From the human T2T-CHM13v2.0 reference genome, Homo sapiens: a DNA stretch of 64,000 nt. Under the pieces are notes generated by a model. The model was not told where the DNA came from, searched no databases, and was given only the letters and a program-made list of their open reading frames with translations. Positions 1 through 19,200 of this stretch are shown piece by piece. Both the position numbers and the translations under genes were made by a program. Positions within the stretch are counted from its first letter, which is position 1. Each line of letters starts with the position of its first letter. The stretch is from the NCBI RefSeq assembly GCF_009914755.1, contig NC_060928.1; one strand, written 5' to 3'.

Positions 1-1527
1 TTCCTTCCCTTTCAAATTTGCTGAGTTTTTAAAATCAAAAATAGATATTGATTTTGCCAAATGTTTTTTCAGGATCTTTTGAGTTAAACCTATTTTTTTT
101 TCACTTTCAGTCTGTTTAAATAAATGATTATATTGATTAATTTCTGAATGTTGAGTCAATTTGCATTTCTTGGATAAACATCACTTGATCATGATGTATC
201 ATCCTTTTTATATATTAATGTGTTAGAAATTTATTAAGTAAAAAAAAGTGCTAGAATTTTATTAAGTAAAAAAAAATCTTATCTTTATGAGGAGTATTGG
301 TCTCTCTCTGAGTGTGTGTGTGTGTGTGTCTGTATAAAAATTACTTTGGTTTTGGCATCAGGATAATGCTGTCTCATCAAATCAGATGAGAAATATTTCC
401 TCCTCTATTTTCTGAAAATGTCTTTATAGAATTGGCTTTTTAAAAATTCCTTAAATGTTTGATACATTCACCAGTGAAGCTATTTGAATCTGGAGTTTTC
501 TTTATGGAAAGGTTTTTAACTATAAATTCAATTTGTAGCTAACCAAATTTCAAATAATTAGTGTCATTCCAAGAATTTCCCCATTTAATCTTGGTTTTCA
601 AATTTATTGAAAAGTGTTACCCATACAATACTCTGTATCTTATTAATATCTGTAGGATCTATAATTATATCCCTTTGTTCATTCCTGATATTGGTTATTT
701 GTGTCTTCTATTTTTCTAGACCAATCTGACTGGAGGTTTGTCAATTTTATTGACTCAAAGCACTAGTTTTTGTTATGATTTTCTCTATTGTTTTTCTGTT
801 TCCTTTTCATTGATTTGTGTTCTCATCCTTAGAATTTATTTTCTTACTCTCATTCTGGGTTTAATTTGTCTTCTGTTTCTCATTACTTAAGGCAGAAGCT
901 TACAGCATGGGTTTAAGATTTTAATATAAGTATTAATGCTATAAATTTTTCTCTGAACTCTGCTTTAGATCCATCTCATACATTTTGATATGGTATGTTT
1001 TAATTTTCATTCAACTCCACATATTTTCTAATTTTCTTTTGATTTTTTCTTTGATTCATGGATTATAAAAATATGTTGTTTAATTTACACATATGTGAAC
1101 ATTTTCCAGTCAAATGTATTTTTATTGTGGACAGAGAACTTCCACAGTATGATTGCAATTTATTTAAATTTGGTGTATTTTGTGGTCCCATATATAATCT
1201 TTCTTGATAAATATTCCACGTGCATTTGAAAATATTGTATATTTGGTTATTATGGTTTGAAAGATTCTCTAAATATCAGTTAGGTCAAGTTGGTTGATAA
1301 TGTTTTTCAAGTCTTCATGTCCTTTCTGATGTTTTTATTTGGTTGGTTGGTTACGTGTTCTATCAACTATTGAAAAAACGGTGTTGAAATCTCCAACCAT
1401 ATTTACAGAAATCCATCTAGGATTTCGTTCAGTTCTGTTTTCTCATTATATATTTTGCTATATCTTTTCAATGAACCATCTCCTTTATCCTCATTTAGTG
1501 TTCCTTTTTATTATAATATTTATTATT
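1..1527 (-). mobile_element. Old L1 (L1M-type) ORF2 remnant, left part; interrupted by a younger L1PA
   Basis: T-rich antisense L1 ORF2 motifs, e.g. tcacttgatcatgatg, ggttttggcatcaggataatgctg, gtgttgaaatctccaac; highly diverged. Confidence 0.85.
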
Positions 1528-1752
1528 CTGAAATCTACCTTTTTAAAAATTATACTTTAAGTTCTGGGATACATGTGCAGAACATGCAGGTTTGTTACAT
1601 AGGTATACACCTGCCATGGCGGCTTGCTGCAGCCATCAACCCGTTATCTACATTAGGTATGTCTCCTAATGCTATCCCTCCACTTGCCCCCCACCCCCCG
1701 ACAGGCCCTGGTGTGTGATGTTCCCCTCCCTGTGTCCATATGTTCTCATTGT

Positions 1753-5918
<4,166 letters not shown>

Positions 5919-5981
5919 TATGATGCTCGCTGGTTATTTTGTCCATTAGTTGATGTAGTTTCTTTATAGTGTTGATGGTCT

Positions 5982-7006
5982 TTACATTTTGGTGTTTTTG
6001 CAGTGGCTGGTACCAGTTTTTCTTTTCCATATTTAGTGCTTCCTTTAGGAGCTCTTGTAAGGCAGGCCTGGTGGTGACAAAATCCCTCAGCATTGGCTTG
6101 TCTGGACAGGATTTTATTTCTCCTTCACTTATGAAGCTTAGTTTGGCTGGATATAAAATTCTGGGTTTAAAATTGTTTCCTTTAAGAATGTTGAATATTG
6201 ACCTCCACTCTCTTCTGTCTTGTAACGTTTCTGCAGAGAGATCCACTGTTAGTCTGATGGGCTTCCCTTTGTGGGTAAACCAACCTTTCTCTCTGTCTGC
6301 CCCTAACATTTTTTTCCTTCATTTCGACCTTGGTGAATCCGATGATTATGTGTCTTGGGATTGCTCTTCTCGAGGAGTATCTTTGTGGTGTTCCTGTATT
6401 TCCTGAACTAGAATGTTGGTCTGTCTTGCTAGGTTGGGTAAGTTCTCCTGGATAGTATCCTGAAGTGTGTTTTCCATCTTGGTTCCATTCTCCCTGTCAC
6501 TTTCAGGTACAGCAATCAAACGTAGGTTTGGTCTTTTCACATGGTCCCATATTTCTTGGAGGCTTTATTCATTCCTTTTCATTCTTTTTTCTCTACTTTT
6601 GTCTTCACATTTTATTTCATTAAGTTGATCTTCAGTCTCTGATATCTTTTCTTCCGCTTGATTGATTCAGCTATTTATACTTGTGTATGCTTCACGATGT
6701 TCTTGTGCTGTATTTTTCAGCTCCATCAGGTCATTTATGTTCTAATCCAAATTGGTTATTCTAGTAAGCAATTCCTGTAATCTTTTGTCAAGGTTCTTAG
6801 CTTCCTTGCATTGGGCTAGAACATGCTCCTTTAGGCTCGGAGGAGTTTGTTATTACCCACCTTCTGAAGCCTACTTCTGTCAATTCATCAAACTCATTCT
6901 TTGTCTAGTTTTGTTCTCTTGCTAGTGAGGAGTTGTGATCCTTTGGAGGAGAAGAGGCATTCTGGTTTTTGGAATTTTCAGCCATTTTGCACTGGTTTTT
7001 CCTCAT
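5982..7006 (-). pseudogene. Disrupted L1 ORF1
   Basis: ATGAGGAAAAACCAG start at 7006 on the minus strand; peptides KRPNLRLI and YPAKLSFISEGEIK...FVTTRPALQELLKEAL. Confidence 0.9.
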
Positions 7007-7040
7007 CTTCATGGATTTATCTACCTGAAATTTATCTTTT

Positions 7041-8370
7041 GATTAGCATTTGCTTAATTGTCTTTTTCTATCCTTTTAATTTTCATCAATATGTTTGTAT
7101 ATTTCAAGTGTTTTCCTTGTAGGCAGCAAGTAGTTGGGTCTTGCTTTTTAATTCAGTTTGCCCATCTCTACATTTTAATTAGGATATTTAGATATCTTTA
7201 ATATGATTGCTATGGTAGCATTTAAGTTTACTACCTTATTAATTATTTTCTATTCATCCCAAGTGTTTTTTTTCTTTTTCTGAATTTTTCGGATTAATTG
7301 GATTTTTTTAAAGTTTTTTTCTATTTTTATCTTCACAATTTGTTAGTTGGTGATACCTCCTTATTGTATTTTATTGGTTTTTTAGGCTTTAAACTACATG
7401 TTTAACTTATTAGATTATACCTTCAAATAGTGTTGTAACATTTAATGTTCATTTTAAGAAACTTAGAACAGTATGCTTCTCTCTTCTACCTCCCATCATT
7501 TGCTCTATTGTTACCATGAATTTGACTTCTACAAATATTACCAGCACCATTATATAATGTTACAACTTTTGCTTTAGATTATCATCTTTTAAAAGTTTTA
7601 AATATAAGACAAATTACCTTTTATTCTTATTTTACCAATTGTAGTTATCTTCATATCTTTGTATTGATATACTTTTCCACCTGTTGTTGTACTCCTTCTT
7701 TCAGAAAATCTTTTATTAACTTTTTTTGTATGCTAGCAATTAATGTTTTCAGCTTTTACTTGCCTGTAAAAATATTTATTTATCTTTATTTTTAAAGTTG
7801 TATTAGAGTTCTAGATTGATTTTTCCCCTTCTATACTTAAATATCTTACTTTATCTTCTAACTTCCATAGTTTCTGTGAAAACTCTATTTTAATATTTAT
7901 TTTGACTTTTGCATGCAGTATTTGTTCATCTTTGCTTTTTGTTGATTAACTATTACATGTCTAGGGGTGTGTTTCTGTACATGCATTTGTATTTCTCTAG
8001 ACTGAGGTTCTCTGAGATTCTTGTATCTATTAGCCTTTTATTATTTTAGAAAAATCTTAACTATCAACTTTTCAGACATTATTCTTGCCTTTCTCTTTCT
8101 CTTCTTCTGACACTGTAATTCTACATATATCGGATGATTTGATATTGTCCCCCAGATTTTGTATGTTTTGTTTGTTTTTCACTTGTTTTTCTCTTTGTGT
8201 TTTAATTTTGATAATTTATATTGATCTATCTGAAACTTTATTGATTCTTCAATGTATTGTCTTTTATAAGCCTGTCAAATACATTATTTATTCCTTGTTT
8301 CATGATTTCTATTTCTACTATTTCCACTTGACACTTTCTTGCAGTCTCTTTTTTGCTACTGAAATTCCCT
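7041..8370 (-). mobile_element. Continuation of the old L1M element (ORF2 5' end and upstream remnants)
   Basis: cttgtaggcagcaagtagttgggtcttgcttttt resumes the L1 EN region where it stopped at about 1527. Confidence 0.75.
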
Positions 8371-8389
8371 TTAAGAACATTATTTTCTA

Positions 8390-8500
8390 AAATGTAATAT
8401 GAAAATTGTATCTTTCCTCTTATCTCATATGGTTACGAGAATTAAATAAGTTAATACATGTCAGAAAGGGGTTCTGTACATTATAAAGCTCTATACAAAT
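8390..8500 (+). mobile_element. MIR fragment
   Basis: tctcatatggttacgagaattaaataagttaatacatgt matches the MIR core. Confidence 0.55.
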
Positions 8501-9416
8501 GTAAACATTCATTGAACAAATATTTACCATGTCCCTCCTTGGACCAACACATATGATGTACAGGTTGTTTATTGCACCAAGGAATGCACTGGGGTGAGTG
8601 GGACTGAAATTCATCTCCTGCTGGTTCACCAACAATGTGCTCTGACTTGGAGTTATTTCTGCCAAGAGGAAGGGGCCCATTTTGCAATTTAATAGTGACT
8701 ACTTGAGCTCCTTCTATGGTTGGAAATCAGTAAGGCACTAGGCATAGAGGGATGAATAAGATACAATGTGATGGCAGGCACAAATGCTGATTAGGATGGC
8801 CTACAGATATGTACACAATGTAAATTGATAACAAATATATAAAAAATGATTATATAATTCTAAGTTTTCTCTTATAGAACTAACAAATAGTAATTCCCCT
8901 CTCTGTTGTTCATCATACAGGTATGTGTAAGTACTATCTGCAGATAGTTGATGAGGAGAGAGAGCGAAAAAGCCTAGCCTAAGTTATAAAAGCACTTGGA
9001 ACAATGTTTTCATTCAACTAAAAACTATTTGAAAATAATTTCAGGTAAAATTCTATTAAATATAAAACCTCAGTCATTAAAATTGGTTAAGTCTTAATCT
9101 TGAAAGAAATAGATTCATTTTAAAAGATATCAAGCCATGTCTAAGCTATATGGCCTAGTGTCAATTACTTAGCCTCTAAGAGCTGTTATATTGCCTGTAG
9201 AAAGGGAACAATGAAAATAATCAAAACATTGATTGCTGCCTTCCCATATGATAATATCTCAATTTTTGAACACTTGTTAGAATCACCATGCACCCAAATT
9301 ACATATGTGTACAGGTATCACTATATATAAACCCCAGCTAAAGACTCACTTTCTCAATGGTATCCAGTGGTTTCTGTGATACCTTATCTCTATCTGTAAC
9401 TCCCCTCACATCTCCT

Positions 9417-10321
9417 TGTGAAGTCTTAAGAAACATATATATTGGTCTCTGTCTTTATATATTGGCCCAGAGCTTCTAGAATCCTCATAGTTTCCTAAAG
9501 AATAAGGGTGCTAACAGAATCTATTCTTCCAATATTTGATTTTCAACTTCCTAATTCCTGACACAGAGTTCCCAAATCCCTTGGAATATTCTAGGTGCTA
9601 AGAGCAACTTTTGTTCTAATGAGGTGACTGTTGGTGGGCTTTTTGATGTGGTCTGGTCACCAGGAGGATCAAGCCATGATTATAAGCTTGGAGCTTTCAG
9701 CCCCACCGTCGTATTCTCCAGGGAGGGAAGAAAGGCTGAAAATGGAGTTAATATGCAATCATGCCTATGCAATGAGGCCTCCAAAAAAATTCCCAAACCA
9801 TGTGGTTCAGAGAGCTTCTGGGGTGGCAAATATGTCCATATACTGGGAAGGTGACATGCCCCAACTCCATGAGCACAGAAGCGCCTGTGCTTAGGACCCT
9901 CCCAGACCTTCCCCTACATACCTTTTCACTTGGCTGTTTATGGGTACCCTTCTTTATAGCATTTATTAGTAAACTGGTAAATGTATGTAAAGTGTTTCCC
10001 CAAGTTCTGTGAGCTGCTCTAGCAAATTATTCAAAGATGGGGAGAAAGTTGAAACCCAATTTAGAGCCAGTTAGTCAGAAGCACAGGTCACAACCTGGGG
10101 CTTGCAATAGGCATCTGAAGTGGGGGCCGTTTTTTAGGACTCAGCCCTCAACCTGTGGGATCTTATACTATCTCTGGGTAGATAGTGTCAGAACTGAATT
10201 GAATGAGAGGACACCCAGCTGGTGGCTGCTGCAGAATTGCTTGGTATGTGTCGAAAACCTCCCACAAAAGTATTCTATGCTAAGTATGAGAGAAAAACTT
10301 TGGTCTTTCTTATCCTTAACA
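9417..10321 (+). mobile_element. Solo LTR, MER21 family
   Basis: TG...CA termini with a perfect ctcct TSD (9412-9416 / 10322-10326); MER21 motifs ttcctgacacagag, aatcatgcctatgcaatgaggcctcc, gggtagatagtgtcagaactgaattg. Confidence 0.88.
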
Positions 10322-11482
10322 CTCCTCTTTCTCTTGGCCTATCAATTCTGCCACCAACCCTGGTGATCACTGCCAGTCCGGCCCTTGAAATATGCCCATG
10401 GTCACTGTTGATTACACTATTAATATTCTCAAGTTTCTAACTAGGTCTTATGTTACTGCTTCTTTTTGCACAATCCATGCTGCTCCTTACTCTAGAAAAC
10501 TTGGAGGAAATAATGACTTCATATGGGAACCAGCAATAGGAAAGAGGAGAAAAAGAGAAATCTCATATTACTACTTATTGTTGCCATAATTTCTTCCTCT
10601 TATTCTGTTCATCAACTTGCGAACCACGCCCCTTATCTCTCTTCTTTCTGCATCAGAATATGTAAGCTGACTATACCACTTCTCCCATGAGAGCACCATT
10701 CCTGACTCTAACACAATGTGTCAGTGGAATGTGCAATGGTGAGTAGTGTTGGCTTGGAGTGGTGGCAGGACTTGGAATTGGTAGAGAAAAAAGGGCAAAA
10801 CAATACGAAAAGAAAAAGCTAGTTATTTTATAATCTCCTGGGATTCATTTCAAATTATATATTTTATCTCATTTTGTTCAGATCCTATCTCTTATCTTCT
10901 CTAGGTCTCCAGAGAGTATCAGTCCATATTCACAGCTTTTAGCTACCTCAGGCTTCTTGTTCTAAATTTTACATTCCTAGATAATTCATTTATCATTATA
11001 TTCTGACAACCTAACAGAGTACCTGAAAGATGAATGGATGTTGAGGAAATGATTTAACCAAGACTTGAAGCACTAAATTCTTAATTTACCTGCCTATCAA
11101 GAGTGTCAGGTGACAATGAGAGTATTGTCCAGGTCCATTGTCCCAAAAATCCTTAGTTGGATTTAATATCCCATTTGTCCAGAGAAATTCTGTTGTTTTG
11201 GAAGGTAGATTTTGAAAATAGCAGACTTACTTAATACACATGAGAGGAATGATTTTAGGACTGAGATTAGTAGAACTGATGTGATGCTGATGGTGATGGT
11301 GACTGCCATGAAGTTGCTGCTGCTGATAAACTGTCTTCCAAGACAAAATTGTTCAGCAGGCAAAGTTAATTTTGGAGATAATTTTATCCTTTTCCATTTC
11401 CATTCCGTGCTGTTCTTTGACAGACCTGGCAAGTTCTCCTAGTATAAAAAAATCCCCTTATCTGTCCTTCTGCCTATCAGCC

Positions 11483-11779
11483 TTTTTTTTTTTTTTTTTT
11501 TTTTTTTTTGAGACAGAGTCTTGCTCTGTCACCCAGGCTGGAGTGCAGTGGCCCGATCTCGGCTCACTGCAAGCTCGGCCTCCCAGGTTCACACCATTCT
11601 CCTGCCTCAGCCTCTTGAGAATCTGGGACTACAGGCGCCCGCCACCGCCCCCGGCTAATTTTTTGTATTTTTTAGCAGAGATGGGGTATCACCGTGGTCT
11701 CGATCTCCTGACCTCATGATCTGCCCGCCTTGGCCTCCCAAAGGGCTGGGATTACAGGCGTGAGCCACCGTGCCCGGCC
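11483..11779 (-). mobile_element. AluY-lineage element with a 12-bp left-arm deletion (AluYd-type)
   Basis: AluY diagnostics (gcaagctc, gggactacagg); caccgt|ggtctcg lacks gttagccaggat; TSD tgcctatcagc (11471-11481 / 11780-11790); poly-T tail. Confidence 0.92.
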
Positions 11780-12876
11780 TGCCTATCAGCTTTTTACCAA
11801 TAGCCATCCTATTGTCTCAGAAATCTTTGTAAACTCAACTTTCACTGAAGCCACAGTCTAGTAAACCATGCTTTGTTAATGTGTCTGCCTAAGGTCACCA
11901 GTGATCGTTATGAGAATCATTAGTGTTGATTTTTAAGTCCTTAAAAAAATAACATATAACTTACAGTGAAGTATACATACCTTAAGTAAATAGCCGGATC
12001 AACTTTGACAAACACATACAAATGTAATCTACATCCATCAAGATACAGAACAATTCTATCACCTCTCTAGAAAGTTTCCTATTGTTTCTCTCCCAGTCAA
12101 TCCTTCAATGCAGAAGCAACCACTATTTTGTTTCCTGCCATCATTGGCTGTTTTCTATGATGTGTTCTAGAATTATGTATAAATGGAATCACACACTTTA
12201 TACGTTTTTTTGTGCCTGGTTTCTTTTGCTCAATATTTGGTGTTATAGATTTAACCACATCATTGAATATTCAGTAGTCCATTCATTTTTGTTGCTAGGT
12301 AATATTCTGTAATATGAATATTCCATAGTTTGCTTAATCATTCTTGGTTGATAGACACTTGTACTATTTTCATTTTTTAGCAGTATGAATAAAGCTGCTA
12401 TGAAAATGTATTAAGGAGATTTTCTGTGGACATATGTTTCATTTTCTTGTTAAACATCTAAGGTCATAGAACAGTACATATTTCACTGCTTAAGAAACTG
12501 GCTAATAGTTTTACAAAGCAGTTTTTAACATTTTATTTTCATACCAGCAATTTATGAAATTTCCAGATGGTACCGACTCATCAGAATTTGGTGTTGTCAG
12601 TCTTTTAAAATTTAGCCACGAGTCAATGTATAATGCTGTCTTGTCATTTTATTTACAATTCTCAGACAAGTAATGATGTTGAGCACATTTTCATAGGCTT
12701 ATTAGATGCCTGTATTTATATTTTTGTAAAGTATTTTTCCAAATCTTTTGGCCTTTTTAAAAATAGATTACTTTTCTCCATTCTTTCTTAAAAAGTTTAC
12801 TTTATTTTATTATTGAGTTTAGTCCTTTACAGATTCTTGATACAAACTTTCTGTTATTGATATATGTTGTGAATGA

Positions 12877-13601
<725 letters not shown>

Positions 13602-14217
13602 AGTTTCTTTTAATACTCAAATGTTTTAAATTTTGATGAGGTCTAATTTATCAATTTTCTATTTAGCACTTTCTGTATCTTTTCTAAGAATTCATCACAG
13701 GAGCCCCCAAGGTCATGAAGATATTTTTCTTTATAGCCCTTGCTGTTACATTTAAATTTATGATCCATTAGAGTTCATTTGTGTATGGTACGAGGAGGGC
13801 TTTTTAAAATATAGATATCCAGTTATTCCAGCATGATTTGTTGAAAAACTTGTCTTTCCCTGCTAAATTTATTTGGTACTTTCATAAAAAATTTATGTGT
13901 TGGATACCTTTCCGGATTCTTGATTCTGTTCTACTGATTTAGTTTTCTATCCTTTTGTCAATACCACACTTGAATATTGCAACTTTTTACTAGGTCTAGA
14001 AATTAGGTAGCATAGATCATCTGACTACACCTCTCTTTTTCACAATGATTTTGTAAATTTTAGGTTTTTTAAAATTTCTATATAAGATTTTATCTTGTCA
14101 CTTTCTTAAAAAAATCTTACTTGGATTTTGATTGGGATTGCATTAGATCTACAGATCAATTTAGGGACCAATGCATTTTAACAATATTGACACTTCCATT
14201 CCATGAATATGGCATAG

Positions 14218-14590
14218 GTTGTGAATTTAATTGTGTCTTCCCCACCAAAAAATGTCTCACAGTACCATATTTAGAAATAGGATCATTGCAGATATAATTA
14301 GTTAAGTTCATGTGAGATCATATTGGATTAGGGAGGTCCCTTAATTCAATATTTAACTGGTGTCCTTATAAGAGAAGACAGACATATGAAGTGTTGTGTG
14401 ATGATGGAGGAAGAGACGGAAATGCTACACCTACAAGTCAAGGAATGTCAATAATTAGAAACTAAGAAGAGGCAAGAAAGGGTTCTCCCCTACAGATTTC
14501 ACGGGAAATATATATTTGCCGACACCTTGATTATAAACTTTTGGCCTCCAGAACTATGAGACAATAACATTTCTGTTTGAACCTTCTTAC
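14218..14590 (+). mobile_element. MaLR LTR (MLT1B/C-like)
   Basis: ttgcagatataattagttaag, actggtgtccttataagag, gccgacaccttgat, ggcctccagaactatgagacaataa. Confidence 0.85.
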
Positions 14591-15748
14591 TATGTTTATT
14601 TATTTTTCTTTATTCTCTACTCCCTTCTCCAGTCCCCACTGGTTCTCTTGTTCATCAATTTTATTTAGACAACAGTAATTTTAAATAATGTATTTGATTG
14701 CCATTGCTTCTTGATTCATTCTTCTTCCTCAACTTCAAGTTGTAGCTGGAAGATTTGTTATTCAGGTACATCCATTAAGCTATTCATCTAGTCTATTATG
14801 TTTTTGAATTATAAATTTAACAATTATATTTTTATTTTTGTCACTGTTGATTCATTCTTCTTCAATATCTTTTTTCTTTCCAAAAATATTAATTATATTT
14901 ACCTGCAGTTCAATTCTAGATGCTTTATTATCTCTGTTTCTCGGGTATAAGTTATTGTTTGCTTCCTTACTTTTAAAGTGATAATGATAAAATGATAAAC
15001 TTCATGTATATTAAAAATGGCTTTGTCCTAAAATGAGGGAGAAGTGCATATTTATTCTTTCTTCCTACATTTTGCAACTGAAATCTCCTGGTAGATAGCT
15101 CCCCTTCTTGACCAGGCTACCTGAGAGGAGTGATAAAAGAGATTGTTGGAGTTTTTGTTCTTTGCTATTTTTTGCTATAAGAGATAGACTGATGAGGTAT
15201 ACTGCTTAGTGAGGTGTCTTTGCAGATGTATTTCTGAACTGAACTAAATTGTTCCTAGTCTCAGCAGCCATCAGACCACTGCTCTGCAACTTGCCTTAAG
15301 CACTTCTACTACCTGAAGACATATAGCTCTGTTGCAGCTTCTTAGTGCACAAGGGTGTTAATGCATGTAGGGGTAAATTGCCTTGGCTGATATCACCACA
15401 GTTCTCCAACTAAACCCTTGTTAATTTCTCCTCGGTCTCTTTCTGCCTTCTTCTTCTGCCATGTTCAGACACATCTTAAACTTGATATTGCTTTGCTATT
15501 CTGCCGTAGATTTGGGTTGTGTTTTCCTCAATGTTTCTAGTTCTCTAAGATTTATTCTTTTTTTAATGTGAAAAATTATGACACAGTCACTTAAAAATAT
15601 TCTATATTATTTCTAGGGTTTTGTATGGGAAGGAAGACTATACTCTTTCCATTGAACCAAAAGATCACTCCTGAACAAACAAAATTTTAGAAAATATTAA
15701 GTTACCTAGGTCAGAAACTTAGAAGTCATCCAAAGGAGAGATACATTA

Positions 15749-16096
<348 letters not shown>

Positions 16097-16231
16097 TTAA
16101 AAATTTTAGCAAACAATGGTTTTGTTCCATGAGTACTTCTAAGTTATAAATGTAAATTGACTGAATGAAGTACAACATAACTTGAAAGAAATAAGAATAT
16201 TATAATAAATATTCAGCATATAAAAATTGTG

Positions 16232-19200
16232 AGGCATGACATTACAAAAATGGCAGAATAGAAGGGAATTTGCTCACATTCCCCCTCCTCAACAACATAC
16301 TCTGTATTCATCCACAGTCAAAAGTCTCTGTGGAAATCTTTAAGTTAAGGTTCATCTAGGCTGGAAAGCTGTGTCAACCTTGAAGTCCTAATGAGAACTG
16401 TAGCAGACCTGGGCTTAAAGTGTCCCTCAGTGCTGAGATGGCTGCAGTTGGTCACAAGCTATGGAAAGACCACAGCCAGTCACCTTAGAATCTCTGGAAA
16501 GTTCTTTGGTGAAGGACAGGCACAAAGAAAGCCAGACTTCAAAAACTGAAATACCTTAACTCTCAACACACAGGCATTATCACACTTCTACAAGTACCAA
16601 AAACATTTAGGGCAATATGACCTCACCAAATAGACAAAACAAGGCAGCAGAGAGTGACCCTAAAGTTACGGACACATGTAATCTCTCAGACAAAGGATTC
16701 AAAATAGCTGTTTTAAGGAAGCTCAATGAACTTCAACAAAACACAGAGAATCAATTCAGAAATGTATCAGAAAAAAATTTAACAGACAGGTTAAAATAAT
16801 TTTTAAAAAATCAAACAGAAATTTTGGAGCTGAAAAATACAATGAATGAAACTGAAAATGCCATAGAGAGCATCAACAGCAGAATTGATCAAACAGAAGA
16901 AAGAATCAGTGATTTAAAAGAGAGACTACTTGAAAATACACAGAGAAGAGAAAAGGAAAAAAAAACAAAAAGAAATGAACAAAGCTTACAGAATCTGTGG
17001 GACAACATAAAACAAATATTCAGATTATTGGAGATAAAGATGAAACTGAGAAAGAAAAAGAAGTAGAAAGCTTATTTAAAAAATAATAACAGAAAACCCT
17101 CTAAATGTAGAGAAAGATACAAATAAATACACAGGTACAGGAAAGTCAAAGATCACCAGTCAGATTCACCTCAATTGAAGATATTCTAAAACATGTCATA
17201 ATTAAACTTGCAAAGGTCAAAGACAAAGAGAAAACCCTGAAAGCAGTGAGAGAAAAGAAGAAAGTAACATATAAGAGAGAGTGGGACAATATTTTCAGAG
17301 TGTTGAAAAAAAAAGCAATCAAGAATATTGTACTCAGTGAAATTAGACCTCAGGAAATAAAGGATAGATAAAAAGACTTTCCCAGACAAACAACGCTGAG
17401 GGAATTTATTGTTTCCACATCTGTCCTATAATAAATGCTAAAGGGATTTCTTCAAATCGAAAGAAAAGGCCACTAACATAATTGTTATGCTTATATTGTA
17501 ATTGCAGTATTTAAACCACTTATATCTTTAGTAAGAAGACTAAAAGATACAACAATTTAAAATAATAACAACTACAACAATTTGTTAAGAGATAGGCAAT
17601 ATAAAGTATGTAAATTCTGACATAAAATTCAAAATATGGGGGGATAAAAGATTTAATGTGTACTAGTTTTGGGTTTTTTTGCTTTGTTTCTTTGCTTTTT
17701 TGGCTATCAAAGTTAAGTTGGTATCAGTTTAAAATATTTGTTATAACTATATGATGTTTTTGGTAAGCCTTACAGTAAACAAAAGCAAAACCTTATAACA
17801 GATACACTAAAAATAAAAAGCAATGAATTAAAACATACTATCAGGGAAAATTACTTAACCACAAAGATAAGAAGAAAGGAAGAAATGATGTGAGGATTTA
17901 CACAATAATTAGTAAACAAGCAAGAAAATGGAAGTAGTTTTACCTATCAATAATAACATTGAATGTTTAATGGACTAAATTCTCCAATTAAAAGACATAG
18001 TGGTTGAATGGATTAAAAACCTCACAGCCAGGCATGGCAGCACATGCCTGTGATCCCAGCTACTCAAGAGACTGAGGTGGGAGGATTGCTTGAATCCAGG
18101 AGTGTGAGAACAGCCTGGGCAACATAGTGAGACCTAATCTTTACAAAAAAAACAATACTTCAGTATATGCTGCTTACAGGAAACTTTCTTCTCCTATAAA
18201 GACACACATAGGCTGAAAGTGAAGGAATAAAAAAAGGTATTCCATGCAAATAAAAAACTAACAGAAGAACAGGAGTAGCTACACTTGTATTAGATAAAAC
18301 AGATGTTAAGTCAGAAACTGTCAAAAGAGACAAAAAGGTAATTGTATAATAATAAAGAGGTCAATTCAGCAAAAGGATAAAAAAATAGTAAACGTATATG
18401 CAACCATCATTGGAACACCCCAATATAGGAAGCAAATATTAATAGGGCCAAAAGGTGAGATAGAATGAAATATAATAATAACAGGGGACTTCAGCATCCT
18501 ACTTTCAGCAATGGATGGATCATCCAGGCAGAAAATAAATAAAAAAAAATTAGTGTAAAACTACATACTCTGAACCAAATGGACCTAACAGGCATTTACA
18601 GAAAATTTCATTCAACTGCTGCAGAATACGCATTCTTCTCATCAGTACATAGAACATACTCTAAGACAGACCCTATGTTAGGTCACAAAACAATCCCAAA
18701 TAAATTTAAAAGTACCAAAATCACATCAAGTATTCTTTCTGACCACAACAAAGTAAAAGAACATTTAAAAACCTCAATAATAAGAGGGACTTTGAAAACT
18801 GCACAAAAACATGGAAATTAAACAACATTCTCCTGAACAATCAATGGGTCAGTGAAGACATTAAGAAGGAAATTTAAAAATGTATTTACTTATGTGGAGC
18901 ATATTTTTAAAAGTAAATAAATTTATTGAAATAAATTAAAATGAAAACACAACATACCAGAACTTATGAGACACAGCAAAATGGTACTAAGAAGAAAGTT
19001 TATAGCAGTAAATGCCTTCGTCAAAAAAACAGGTAGCAAATAAACTACCTAACGATGCACCTCAAGGAACTAAAAAAGCCAGAATAAATCAAACCTAACA
19101 TTAGTAGAAGGAAAAAAAATAAAGATCAGAGCAGATAAATAAAATTGAGACAAAAATAATAAAAAGACCAACAAAATGGAAAATTGGGTTTTTGAAAAGA